64,000 nucleotides of DNA from Adineta vaga (lineage: Eukaryota; Animalia; Rotifera). Shown piece by piece: positions 46,401-60,591 of the stretch (position 1 is the first letter of the stretch; the number at the start of each line of letters is the position of its first letter). Location: the NCBI GenBank assembly GCA_021613535.1, contig CP075495.1, positions 1,922,001 through 1,986,000 of the forward strand, in the 5' to 3' direction. Made by a program: the position numbers and the translations under genes. A model generated the notes under the pieces. That model was not told where the DNA came from and made no database searches. It saw only the letters and a program-made list of their open reading frames with translations.

Positions 46401-49400
46401 CGTTGGACGCGATGAATCAAAAATGGCAACAATGAATATGACAAGTGCAATTTTAGAAAAAATTATTAGTGATTCAGCACCTGATCATGATTTCATTCCG
46501 AAAAAACTTTGGATATCGAAATGTACACAAATGATTCATGCAGCTAATGTGTCGAGAAGTTCGTTTCTTTTCTTCATATATTTGACATTTAATTGTAATA
46601 AAATTCTAGATATGATTCTTTGTGGATCACCATATAGTGGTAAATCTAGTGCAGCAATATTAATGCTTGATATTCTTACACAAATGCAACAGCAACAACA
46701 ATTACAATCCTTTGGTCAACAACAAAAATCATCATCCGTTAATCAGGAAGCAAATTATGCACAAGAAACAGCTGGACAAACACATAAACTTTATCGGTAA
46801 ATGATTTGTTCTTTTATATTAAGAAACAAAACAAAACTCCATACGTTCATTTGTAGAATTAATCCATTAGCAATTGAATCAGAAAGTATCCTTCTTGGTT
46901 ATCAATCTTTAGCGAATGAATGGCAAGATGGTATTCTTACTACATTATTACGAAAAGCCAATCGAGTAGGACTTTATTTTTTCTTATCGATCGATTTTAA
47001 TTTACATATTTGAATTCAAATAGAATTGTCATACGAGTTGGTTCTGTTTTGATGGAATTATTAGTCGAACATGGGCAGATTTATTACCATCGATTTTAGA
47101 AAGAGAATCTTCATTACAAATACGTAATGGAGATAAATTATATTTACTTGATCAAGTGAAATTTATGTTTGAAACATCAGATTTAACTAATGCATCACCA
47201 ACATTTATTGCTAATTCAGTATAGAAAATTTTGCTTTTATTCTTAATTCATATGTAATCTCTTGTTTATTTTTGTCCTATATAGACAGTGATCTATTTTG
47301 ATAAATCAGTGATCGATTGGAAAGTTATTGCAGGTAGTTGGTTGAAAGAACGACGTCAATTAGAAGTTTGTTTCTTAGAACGAACAGATATTGTAAAACA
47401 TGATTTTCATCATTATTGTAGTGTCTTCGTGGAGCATTTGATCGAGTAATGGATCCAATATTAACATATCTTCAAGAAGAATGTCCAAGGTAAGATCAAG
47501 ACAAATCAAACGATTTATTTCATAAGAAATTCTTTTTTTTAGATCAATTTATTATTCTGAAATGAGTTTATTTTCGATTACACTTCGATTATTAGATGCT
47601 ATCTTAAATGAAAATACTCACATTACTACTGACGTTCATATTGAACGTTTCTTTATATTCTGTTTAACATTTGTCTTGAAAATTATGCTTAATCCTAATG
47701 AACAAAAAGGCTATTCTGATTTATTAAAAACTGTCACAGCTGTTTTACCAGATGACGATCGAGAAATATCAGTTTTTGATTACTATGTCGATGAAGCATG
47801 TGAATGGGATTTATGGACTGCCAAGTAAATGCGAACAGAAATATCTTTAATGAAAAAACACTTCTGTTTTCATCGTTTTTTTCTCTCTCTTTCTATTCTA
47901 GAGTGGAGGAATTGAATGAAAATATTCAAGATCGTATTGATATTTTTGGAAATGTTCTTGTTCAAACAGTTGATTTAGCACGTGCACATTATTTTCTTAA
48001 ATATGCTGCACTAGCACAAGTGAATATTTTATTTAGTGGTACAACTGGATCATGTAAAACATTTCTTATTGATACATTTGTCAATAGCTTAGGTTTGTCA
48101 ATGCATAAAAAATTGTTTTATTCGAAGAAGACATTTGACTAAATGAATATTTAGATACAACACATTTTCAAATGACTCGATCGAACTTTTCAAAATCAAC
48201 AAATTCGGCTGATTTACAAAAAATTATCGAAGCAAATGTTGTACATCGACAAGGTTTTACGTATGGAGCTCCATTAGCAAAAAAACTTTGCTTATTTATT
48301 GACGATTTACAAGCATCAGCAACAAGTCAATTAGATCGATTTAAAAATGCTCCAGAAGTAAAATATCGAATTATATTCATCTTTTTGAAAATCAATATTT
48401 TCTTCGCTAGTTTCTTCGTACATTAATTGATCATCGTCAATTTCTAACACAACAAAAACCATATGAAACACGAATTATTGATGATCTTTTTGTTTTTGCA
48501 ACAGCAACAATTCCACTGACCGGTGAACAATCATTATTAACACTGAGTCCACGATTATTAGTATGTTTTAGTCAACAAATTGACATATCTTCTCATATAT
48601 TTTCTTTTTAGCGTCATTTTGCCATTGTTAATCTTCCTGCTAATGAAACATCTCTTCGTCATATTCTCACAAATGTGATTGATGTAATTTTATTTTTTGT
48701 ATATTTTGATCGAAGAAGAATTTCTTTTTGAAATTTTAGATCAATATGATGGGTTATGGTAAAACACCAATTAATCGAGATATATCAACGAAAATTGTCG
48801 ATGTTCTTATGGATACACTTCGACATATTCAACGTGTTCTTCAACCAAGTTCAGTACCTGGAAGAGAACATTATCTATTTTCTTTACGAAATATGTTAAT
48901 ACCAATTCAAAGTTTACGAACAATTGATGTTGAATTAAGAAATGATAAAAATTTCATTGCATCATTTCTTAAACATGAACTATTTCGAATTATTTATGAT
49001 CAACTTACAAGAGAAATGGATCAATATTGGTTTACTGATACATTAAATGAAATCTTTCGTAATGTAATGAGAGATATTAGCAAAAATAAAATATCAATAG
49101 ATCATAATTTTATATTTATCTTTTCAATAGGCATTTGATTGGACTAAAAATGAAGAAGATCATCGATATATTACATTTCCAATTGATGGAAGAAGTTATG
49201 AACGACCATTAACTTCATTAGTTACCAAAGAAATCAAAGTAGAACAATAAAAATTCGAGAATAGATTTTGAAAAGATATGTTTTCTTATCTTTTTTAGCT
49301 TCAAGTTCAACAAATGGAACATCTGAATCCATTGCATAAAATTATTGAACAAGCTGCTATTCGTTATAAAGAAGAATTAGGACATAATACATCCGCTTTA

Positions 49401-52400
49401 TCGGTTTCAGAAAGTATAGCTTTACATATTATACGTATGCATCGTATTCTTTCTCATCCGACATTGTAAGTTTATCGATTAATTAATATGAACAAAACAA
49501 AAAAACCTCATTTTAGAAATAATTTATTTGTTATGGGTACGGTTGGTTCTCATCTATCGAAATTAGTTCGATTGGCTTTTTACTTTGCTGAAATTCAAGA
49601 ATATCCAGCTGATTATTCAAATAGAAGTCTATTTTATGATAGTTTAAAGACTGTTATACGAACAGCAACAGTAGAAGGACGACATATTGGAGTTTTATTA
49701 ACAGTAAGAATATTTTATTTTCAAAGAATATGTTTCATTCTACATTGTCTTTCAGTATAAACATTTACGTGATTCAGATATAATCGATGATATTTCATCA
49801 TTATTGACAAGTGGTGAATGTCCAAATTTGTTTAGTGGCGATGAATTAGAAGGACTTTATCAGGTTTATTTTCTTTATATTCTATCTTTAAACTTCAATT
49901 TTCAATCCTATTTCATCGAATTCTAGGCAGTTGTTAATGCATATCAACGTGATCATGATGTATCTGTTAGTATATTAACTGATCCACGACAATGTTTTCT
50001 TACACGTGTTCGTCAAAATCTTCATATTGCTATATGTTTACCAGCACATAATGAATTACTTAAGAATCTTTCATCGTAAGTTTAATTGGTTGTTTATTTT
50101 TTTCTTCTTAATATGATTGAAATTGTATTTAGTGAATATCCTGGTTTACTTAAACATACTCAAGTTTATTGGATAAAAAATTGGTCCAAATCATCTCTTT
50201 ATACAGAAGCTTCATATTTTCTTTCCTCACATGAAACTCTCTTTTCTAAAGATCTTCATGAACGTTTATCTCAATGTCTTTGTGATATTCATTATTTTAT
50301 GCTTGAAGAATCTCGTCAAATTCCATTCGTTGGTAGTACAGATCGAACAATACTCATTCGAGAAAATTCTATTAATCAAAATCATCCATTAACAAGTCGA
50401 TCAACATCATCAAAAGAACAAGTTTCAATGAAAAAAAATATGAATAAAGAAATCAAAACAGTTGATATTGAATTACCAAATTATCCTTATTCTCGAATAC
50501 TTTTACATGAACAAATTAAAAATCATGGTTCAGGAAAAGTAGGAACAACCTCACAACTTCATACATTCATTGGACCGGAAACATTTACACGTTTTATGGA
50601 ATCATTTTGGTATTTATTTACATCGAAAGCAGCTGTTTGTGAACGAGATATAATTCGTTTAACAAAAGTTCTCAATACATTACATAAAACACGACAAGAT
50701 GCAGAAAATATGAAAGATTATATTCAACAATTGAAAGAACGATGTTCAGAAAGTGAAAAAGAAACAGCTGTTCTTTTAGAAGAAGTTATTTATAAATCAA
50801 TGGTATTGGAAAAATTACGAGCTAAATATGTTCTACCAGGATGTTTACCTGGTTATGTTTATCGAGATGAAAAAGAAGATTTTGGTTCATCGGATGAAGA
50901 TAAAAAAGCGCTTTTAGAAGGTAAATAAAACTTTCGTGTAATGTGTGTGTTTGTTTTTCTTCTTTCTCGTGATTTAGATGAAGCGGATGAATATGAATTG
51001 GCATTTAAACGAATGAAAGATGAATCTTTACGATCTCGTCAAGTTAAAATGCAAGAAGAACATGATGAAGCTGTACAAGAAGTTGAACAATGGCGTGAAA
51101 AATTAGCAGAAAAACGTAAAGAAGTCGAATTTTGGATGAGTAAAGTTGATAAATCATGTATTGAACGTATTCGAACATTTCAAACACCACCAATTCTTAT
51201 TGGTACAATCATGGAAATGGGTAAATCAACTTGTGTTTTTTTTAATCGATATTTGATTCATAATGAAATATTTAGTTTTAATACTCATCGGTCGTAAATC
51301 TCCACTTCGATTTGATCAAAAAGAACAAGAACGAGAAAAAGGTTTTGATTTTTGTTTTCTCGAAAAAATACAAAAATAAACAAATACATTTTTATATTTA
51401 GGAAGACTACCAGCTGAACGTCTTGATCGACATCAATGGAAACAATATACAGCAGTTATGGCGGATATTACTAAATTTGTTGACATTTTACATGGATTAG
51501 ATTGGCAAGATGGACTTAATCTTGAAGTTTCCAATGGTAAATTATTTATTGTAGAAGAAAAGAAGAAAATCGTATTCTTTTTCTTTTTTTCTTCTTTAGC
51601 TGTGGAATCCTTTATCGCTAAAGGCAAAGATGGTATATCAGAAGGTATTACTGGTGAAGGTACTCTACTAGAAAATGCTAAAAGTTTGTATTAAAATGAA
51701 ATTATCTCTCATTTGACATATCAACTTACTTTTCTAATCAATAGATTTTCATGTACCTGCAACACGTGCAACTGCTGCTCAAGAAAATCGTATTACTTTA
51801 GGTGCTGCTCGTTATGCATCGGAAGAAGCAGCAATACTTGTTCATTACGCAATTGCTCTAGTTGAATATACTAAAATTTGTCAACCATTATGTGTAACAA
51901 AGGCAAAAGTTGATCAACTTAAACAAGATTTAATTGATGCAGAACAAAAACGTATTGAAAGAGAAACTGAAGTTTGTTATTCTGTTCTTTATCATCGAAT
52001 TGTTAATATTCTTTCATCCTAGATTCAACGATTAAAATTAATGGAAGAAACACTTCATAATGCTGATATTAGTGAAGAAGATAGTCGTCTTGTTGATATT
52101 TCACCATATACACTCGATGATATACCACGTTTACTTAATCAATTAGAAGAAGCACAAATACGTTTTGATACTGCAGCTGTTAAGAAAAATAAATTAAAGA
52201 AAGAATATGAAAGTTGTCAATCACGATTACAAGCTGCATTAAATGTTACATTGAGGTAAATATTAACGATAGAAAAGACATTCTTCAATTATTCTCTCTT
52301 TCATCAATATCAGTTTATATGAAATGGAATTATTTGATATAAGACCATTTAAACAGTAAGATTATTCATATATTAATACATAAACGAATCAATCATTCAT

Positions 52401-55400
52401 TCATTATGTATTCCTTCGTTTCGTCGATATTTTCTTTGCATGTTTGTTTTTGTCTATATATATATATCGTATTGATGTTCAAGTGATATTTAATTTTTCA
52501 TATTTACAGACGAGATCAATCCGCTCGACCACATGATGAGAGTGTCTGGTAAAGAGAACAATGTTTTGAGTTTTGCATATCGATTCTAACAAAAATCTGA
52601 GTTGATCATATTTACTACTTTGATTAGAGTAAAATATTCAACTAAAATAATAAAAATATCATTCACATAATATTGATTATTATTCGATTGAATTGGAATG
52701 ATTTGACTTTTTTAGTTTGTCTGATTTGGAAGATCAATGGGCAAAATGGATTGCTGAACATTCAACACATGATCAAACTTTAACAAATTGTATTTTAGCA
52801 GCAGCTTATATGACATATTGTTCAGCATTAGATGCTGATTTAAGAAGAGTTTTTAGTGAAAGATTTACAAAATTTTGTGAACAATATGAAATACCACGCG
52901 AATCAGATTTAATCTTTCAAGTATGTCAACATGATTGTTTTACAACAAAAAAAACAGAAAATATGAGATTTATTTTTGAATAGCCTATTCCAATTGATAG
53001 TACATCAAAGAATTCCTTTGATTTATCCTTTTCTATGATCAATCAATCATTAGATTCAACTGGAAATACTAATCGTAATAATCAATTGATGACATTAGCG
53101 GAATTTTTGTACAATCCAATTGAATTAAAAGAACTTCAAATTCTTCGTCTTATTCCAACTGATATTATGACAGAAAATGGATGTATTATCATGGCTGATG
53201 CTGGTCTTCATGCTTGGCCATTAATATATGATACAACATGGTATTCTATTGATTATATTCGTTTATTTTTGAAAAATAAGAAACTATTGATAGTTCGACA
53301 TCATGTATGAATATTTCAATTTTATTTTTCGGATAAATGTTATTGATTTGTTTTCGTTTTGTTTAGCAATTACGTACACAATTAGAAAATGCGTTGTCCG
53401 AAGGACATCATCTCTTATTAACAGATTGTGATACGAATACATTGATGAGTAATGAAAAACTTGAAACAGTCATTCGAAATCAAGCTCGATTTATATCGAG
53501 TGAAAAACCATTTAAATTACAAATTGGTCAACAAGAAATTGAATGTAGTCCGAAATTTCGGTTTGTTAAAATCATTTTTTTTTATTTTCAATCTGTCTCC
53601 TTCTTCTTCTTTTCATAGACTTTATCTACATACAACTACTCAACCTGTATTCATTTCAAAAGAATTAGCTGCTTATACATTAATACTAAATTTTCATTTG
53701 ACATTAAATGATCTAGAAGAAATTTTCTTAAGTCGATTTATGTTAAAAGAAAAACCTCATATTGATTCCGAACAATATACACTTTTACAGGTTTTTTTTT
53801 CTCTCTTCTTACTCAATTTCCTTTCCCTATAGAATGCATTCTTATTTAGGAAAAAGTTGATACATTGAAAATTATTGATCCATTACGACAAAATATTACG
53901 AACTATTTGGCATCAGATACTATCAACTTATTACAGAGTGTTGAACCAACAAAACGTTTATCCGAATTGAAGAAAGCTTATGATGAAGCAACTGAAGGGT
54001 ATTAATATTTAGTTTGTTTTAGAAATTTATGATTTAATTCGAAATTTTTTTCTTCAAAGTTCAAAACGAGTAGCATTACAAGAAGAAAGTTTATTTAAAA
54101 CTCGAAATAGTTATCGAAAATTAGCTTTACGAGCTGCTACATGTTACAATACATTACATTATTTACAACAACTTATACCAGACTATGTCATGCCATTAGA
54201 ACATTTCCTCGATCTATTTGATACTTGTATATTTCAATCAGAAAAGTACAAAACATTCATTATTTAACAAATTAATGAAATATGAATTTCTCTTTTTCTT
54301 TTTTTTAGACATTCAATGAATAATGTTATGACTGATTTAACTAAGAGTGCATATATAACAATCTATCGTATGTTAAATGATCGTGATCGACGTGTCTTTT
54401 CGATTTATTTTGCAATGGAAGTATGTTAAATAATTCGGAATTTTGAAATATATATTCTTCAATGAAAACGATTTAGATTGAAGCATTTAATCGTCGTCAA
54501 AATCAACAAATTGAAATGAATGTACCAAGTGGTGAAAGAGAATTTATTGTCTCACCAGTATGGGCAGCTGCATTACTACAAAAACGTACAGCACGAGTCT
54601 AATGAACATCGTTTTCTTTTATATAAAAAACCATTTGATTGGATGACAGATGAAGCATTTCAAAATCTTCAAGTAATCTATTATTGTTCGTGATTTTCAT
54701 ATTCATTTTATTGTTTTATTTCTAGTATTTGGCTATGATTTTTGATTGGTTTGCTGATCCATTTGATCGAATGGTGAAAGAAGTTCAAGAAGTTAAATGG
54801 CGTCCATTCTGCGAAGGTGATACTGAAAATTGTACATTTCCACCACCATTAGAACAATTAGAACCAATTCAGAAATTTTGCGTTGTACGTGCAGTAAGAA
54901 GTGATCGAATACTTCAAGCATCAACTGCTTATATTGCAAATGTTTTTCAACAAGAGTAAGAAAAGAATAAAAAACGCTTTCATTTTTATGATTGAAGAAT
55001 TATATTTAGTTCGAATAAACCAAAATCTGTTGCACAAGATCATCAACAACATCCTCCTCAACAAACATCTTCTCGAACACCAACTATACCGTAAATATTG
55101 ATTTTATATCTAAGAAAAAAAAAAAAGTAGAATCCTTTATTTTCTATATAGAGTTGTGCCAACACTTCAACAGGATGTCGATCTATTACTTCGTCAAAGT
55201 AGTCAACGAGCTGTTCTATTATTATACGATGATGAACCAGATGAAGTGATCAATTTCTTTAATTTTTGTACAAATTCAATTCCAACTGATGCAACAACAA
55301 TTGCACCAACTATACAAATTATTAATGTTTATGGCAATGGAGCACGAGAAGAACGTATCTTGAAGAAAACATTGAAAAATGCATTAACAAATGTAAATCA

Positions 55401-57565
55401 TCAACATCGTTTTGTTTTCTTCTCCTCTAATTCTAATATTTTCATTTAGAATGTTTGGCTTCTTTTCCATGGTTTACATAATAGTCCTTCGTTTTTAACT
55501 CATGTTGAACTATCACTGTGGGAACTTCGTTTAAAACGTCCAACACCAATGCCTCGTATTTGGCTTAGTATTCAACGTAGCTATTCATTTCCATCATCAC
55601 TTTATAATCTTTGTTTAATAACATATATTCGTACGCCATTTTCAATGAAAGAAGGAATAACTCGAGCATTTTCTGCTATTGATAATGATCTTCTTCGTCA
55701 TTCATCAAAATCCGAATGGCTTCCATTATTACATAATATTTGTTATCTTCATTCAACTCTCAATCTTCGTACAAGATATAATCAAGCTGGATGGGATATA
55801 CCATCATTAACAACATTTACAAATGTTGAATTAACATCAGCTTTTCAAGTTATTGCAAGAGAATTTGCTTTAAGTGATCAATCAACGACTCGATTAGAAT
55901 CCGGAATACCAAATGCAACAATATCGAATGAAATAAATATTCGACAATTATCTTGGTCATCAATGCGATATACATTATCGGAATTAATCTATGGTGCAAA
56001 AGCATTAAGTGACTATGATCAACGAGCTATTGCTAATATTGTTGATTTTTGGATTCAACCAGGATCAGTTCGAAAAGATTTCGAATATTCAAAAATAAAA
56101 TATAAAATTCCATCCATCTTTTTTACTCAACAACCAAAATTAAGTCAATTATTACAAGCAATTGAAGCACTTCCGGCACATCAATTCGATGTTCCAGAAG
56201 CATGTCATCTTCATTCAAGTTTCGAAGCAAATACTGGTGATGATATTTTTGTTCTTAGTCGTCTTAATCGAGTATTAGATGCATTACCTTCAAACATTTC
56301 TTTGAATGCATCGATTTTTCAACGACCTAATACACCAATCGAAGGTTTGATTTTCTTTTTTCCATACAAATTCTTCTCTTAATTTCTGATTATCAATGTG
56401 AATAGATATAACAATTAATACATCGTTTTCTTCGTCAAGTGGTTTGTGGAATTCACTTAGTTCAGCAGCATTGTATTCATTTGCTACGAAGAAAAATGTT
56501 GGATTAGACGAATATTGTGCATCAATATTAACTTCTAAATTGCCGAAAGTTTTAGCAAAAGTAATATCTATTCAAATGATTATTTCTTTTCATTGTATCT
56601 ATTTTTATATTAGGATCAAATATTAGATCGTGCTCGTCGTAATGGTTCACCATTGACTACTCCTTTCAATATTTGGATTGTTCATGAAGCTGAATTAATG
56701 ACTGATCTTGTTAATCTCATTCGAAATCATGTACAAGCAATAAAAACAGCTTGTGAACTTAATCAATTAGGTGTACATTGGTCAGATGAATTAGCAAATG
56801 TTGCTCATGCATTGTATTATCAACGTATACCTGATGTTTGGTGTGATGCAATTGGTCTAAGTGCACCACCACCAGTATGGGGTTTGACTAATTTCTTCAA
56901 TGATTTAAATATGCGAGCAGAACATATCGAGAAATTATTGACTAAAGGTATGATTGAATGCTTCCTTTTTCTTCTCTTCATTTACACATGATTAACTTGT
57001 TATAGGTCGTGAGAAGCATCCAGCATTTAATTTGTCTGCATTTTTCAATGCTTCATCCTTGTTCGGTATCTATAAACAAGAAGTTGCACATGCATTAAAT
57101 CTTTCTGATGATACGAATAACAGTTCTCTTGTATTTCAATGTGAATTAACACCACGTGATCGAGAACATATTCGTGAAGCGCCAAAAGATGGTTTCTTCA
57201 TCTATGGTCTGTATTTATGGGGATGTAGTGCGGATAAAAATACTGTTGAACATGGTATTTCTGATGCACCAACAAAAAATCGTGAAGGATGTTCAACATT
57301 ACCTGTTATACATTTGACATGTGTACCAACAGAAAAAACTGCTCCTGCTGTCACACAACCACAAACACTTACCGATACAACAACAGGTCCTAGTCGACCA
57401 ACAACAACAGATACCTATGCATGTCCAGTATTTCCGAAACGTTTTATGGAACGACGTTCATCTGAGGTGATTTGTGAATTAGAACTATGGAAAAAGGTAA
57501 CTGTGATTGGTCAAGCATCACGATGGGCATGGCGTGGTGTTTGTATGACTGTTAAACCGTACTAA
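37495..57565 (+). CDS. Divergent axonemal-type dynein heavy chain (two apparent frameshifts, degenerate ATPase motifs)
   Basis: Tail (PPLPRNAPPIAGAIAWSR), linker (IRSRHW, WLEVQDMWLGAESIF, LDRKRQVFPRFYFL), AAA1 (YGSEFYG..LCITP.TEKC), AAA2 (EWQDGILTTLLR, MFETSDLTNASP), AAA3 (FIDDLQ, SPRLLRHF), AAA4, stalk, AAA5/6 (ELIYGA), C-domain (GFFIYGLYLWG, LPVIHL, YACPVF, RWAWRGV). Dozens of short GT-AG introns followed by hand. Confidence 0.93.
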
Positions 57566-57769
57566 TCTCTATTGTCTGTCTCGTTTCTTTTTATGTGTTG
57601 ATATGTTTGAATCTCATATATTTAATAAACAGAATCTCTGATGCTTTTCACATCATTGTATATGTGTTTATAGAGTTCTCACTTGTTCATACAAGATTTT
57701 ATGATGGGAATTACAGAAAATGAAAGCTATAACTAATTTGAAAAGTTTCATTTGTTGTTTTTGTTGTGA

Positions 57770-58148
57770 TCACTCTACTCGTACAACATTGAATCCAGCG
57801 CGGGGAAAATGAATGTTGACATCACCGACTTTCTCATCCGAAATTCGCAAGATAATCTCATACTGATCAATGGCTACCAATTTTCCTTCAACTGGTACAC
57901 AACCAGAATTTTGTGAGAGAATAATGATGGTGTATTCGGTCGAAGTCGATCAAGTGTACGTAGAATAAGATATGTATCACAATAAATACCAGCACCAACT
58001 TGAAGTACTGGTATACGACGATAACCACCAGTTAATGGTTGAAGAAAAGATCGTGGTGTTTTTGGATCAATAATCACTGAACGCCAATTTGTATTTCTTC
58101 CGAAAACGGAGATAGATCATGGTAATTGAGAATAAGCTCTTGACTCAT
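57770..58148 (-). pseudogene. Internally deleted glutathione S-transferase family gene of bacterial/fungal type
   Basis: MSQELILNYHDLSPFSEEI / frameshift / WRSVIIDPKTPRSFLQPLTGGYRRIPVLQVGAGIYCDT / frameshift / GVPVEGKLVAIDQYEIILRISDEKVGDVNIHFPRAGFNV*. The central helical domain is missing. Confidence 0.82.
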
Positions 58149-58360
58149 CAGTATATCAAACTCTCTTGACCTGAGCTTCGAAATACTTTATATCAAATTA
58201 GTTAAGCCTAATTTCTGCGATCGTTCATTTATAGCTATATCGATTTTTTATTTTATTTTAATAAATGAAAATCATCACTCCGTCGCATACGATATATATT
58301 TTCGACGGAAAAAGTGATAAAAACGAAGGATCTTGTTTAAGGTTTAGTTTCACATTTCTT

Positions 58361-60358
58361 TTAACATGTTCCTTGACGGCCACAACAACCTCCTGATGAT
58401 TGACCACTAGATACTTCTTTTGATGACTTTTGGTTATTTAAAGCTGGTATTTGCTAAAATAAATTACAATCAGAATAAATCAATCTATTCCATTATCATA
58501 CTTTTTCATCAGTTATTTCTTCAAATTTAAAATTATTTTGATATCTTGATACAAACAACATTTTTGTCATATCACTATCCAAATATTGAGCTTCACCATT
58601 AAGCTAAACACAATTATAGATAATAACTATATAAATATGAATATTTAGAATAGTAGCATTATACTTTGAATATTATTGAATCATTGAATTGAAATTCATT
58701 TTCATAATGAATAATTGGTGTTTGGTAAGTAACTAAAGTGCCTAGTTTACTGTTATAAATGTTTGAATCATTAATAGATTTATTCTTAAATAACCGATAA
58801 GTACATGACGTGAACTTGATATCTCCTACAAAATATATATATTTTCTATGATTTATAAGACGAACAATTAAATTAGAAAAAAATCAAACCAAGTAATTTT
58901 TGTAAATCTACGTTGTTGACACCTATGGGTTGTTGTGTGATTAATATTGGTCTGGTAAAACCAGCATCAAGTGCGCCCGAGACTAAATCACTTTCGCAGA
59001 TAGCACCACTTAAACATTCGCCTATCATAAAATACAAAATCATAGTTCAATTCAAAGATTAGACAAAGGTTTCATTTGAAATTATTAGCATCTGACGTTT
59101 TACAAAATACTATTGTAGAGCAGTATAAAAACATGTTACTCTTACAGTAAGATAAATTGCCATAAAACTAAAAAATCTTACCCCAGAGAATCTTATTTTG
59201 TCGTAATTCTTCTGGTACTGGCTGATCTGCATAAACATCACTGAAGTAAAATTCACCTCCAGGCTACAAATACAAAAACAAATATTCAACTCATCTAATT
59301 ATCATTTCTTTCTTTCTTTCGTTCACAAAATTCAATCACATCAAAACACTTACTTTCAACATTTCATACACTTGTTGTAAAACTTTCTTCTTATCAGGAC
59401 TTAAATTAACAACACAATTTGATCTAAACAATAATAATAATAATACTAATAATGAGATTATTAAAGTTAAACGTGAGAATCAAATCAAACTATGAATTAT
59501 AAATACATACACAACCACATCAAATGAATTCGGTTTTAATTCAGAATCATCAGTAAGTTGTTCAATTTTACCCAAACGAAATTCAACATTTCCTTTTGAA
59601 AATCCAAATTGTTTTGTATGATAATCAATATAAAGATTAGCAACATCAAGCTGAAGTTAAAAATAAAAAAATACACATAGAGAAAATTAAATTTTATAAT
59701 GATTGATAAGAAAATTAATATAATAACTTGTTCTTTAGTCATATCAACACCAACAACATATCCTTGTTCTCCAACAAGACTTGATAAAATATAAACATCA
59801 CGTCCTGATCCTGATCCAAGATCTAAAACTCGACAATCTTCAAGTTTTGGTGGAAAAACCAAACCACAACCATAATATCTATGAATAAATATAAATTGAA
59901 TTGAAAATAGAACTAATTATTCTTTCAAAAAATAGTTTTCTAGTGTCACAGAGCGGATCCTTTGTCTATCACCATTTGCTCAAACTTTTTAAAATAGAAA
60001 AGATATTTGTGCTGGAAATAGTTTAAACTGATTACTTTTACAGTTTTAAACAAACTATTGATTCTTTAAAAGATATATGTTAGAATAAAGTTCGAAATAT
60101 ATACTTCTGTATGTATGTGTGTCATCGCAAAATAGATGTCCTTATAGTCATTTATATTGTACTTGAACTATTTGTATGAAGTATTTATTATCTAGTATGA
60201 ATTTACTTTGCTACGACTTCTGGATGGATTTTTTTAAGAATATCCTTAATAAAGGACGGAACTTTTGCCTTTGAACAACAAGCATCAGTTTTTAGATCAC
60301 TTGACTGTTGTAATTCCTGGCCATAATAATTCTGTACGTCTTCGTGTACGGTTGCCAT
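58361..60358 (-). CDS. AS3MT: Arsenite methyltransferase
   Basis: VHEDVQNYYGQELQQSSDLKTDACC, YYGCGLVFP, VLDLGSGSGRD, GVDMT, SNCVVNLSPDK, PGGEFYFSDVY, LWGECLSGA, C-terminal GGCCGRQGTC*. About nine exons. Confidence 0.95.
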
Positions 60359-60591
60359 ACTGATATAGTGTATAGAGAGAATATATATTTGTAAAAAGAT
60401 GAAGTGGACTAACTAAAACATACACGTCGATATATATATATATATATACTTTTGAATGATGACGAAGCAGATGTGCTATGCGAAAACCATCTTTATCGGT
60501 TCTCTCTGCGTGATTGGTCAACAAAAGCACAGTACATACATATGTAGCGTGATGATGCGGTATTTCTAGTTAATATTCAGTACTGGATATT

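Noticed and set aside
58361-60358. Selenocysteine in AS3MT
   Set aside because: The conserved Cys positions read as Cys and no in-frame TGA was found in the exons translated.
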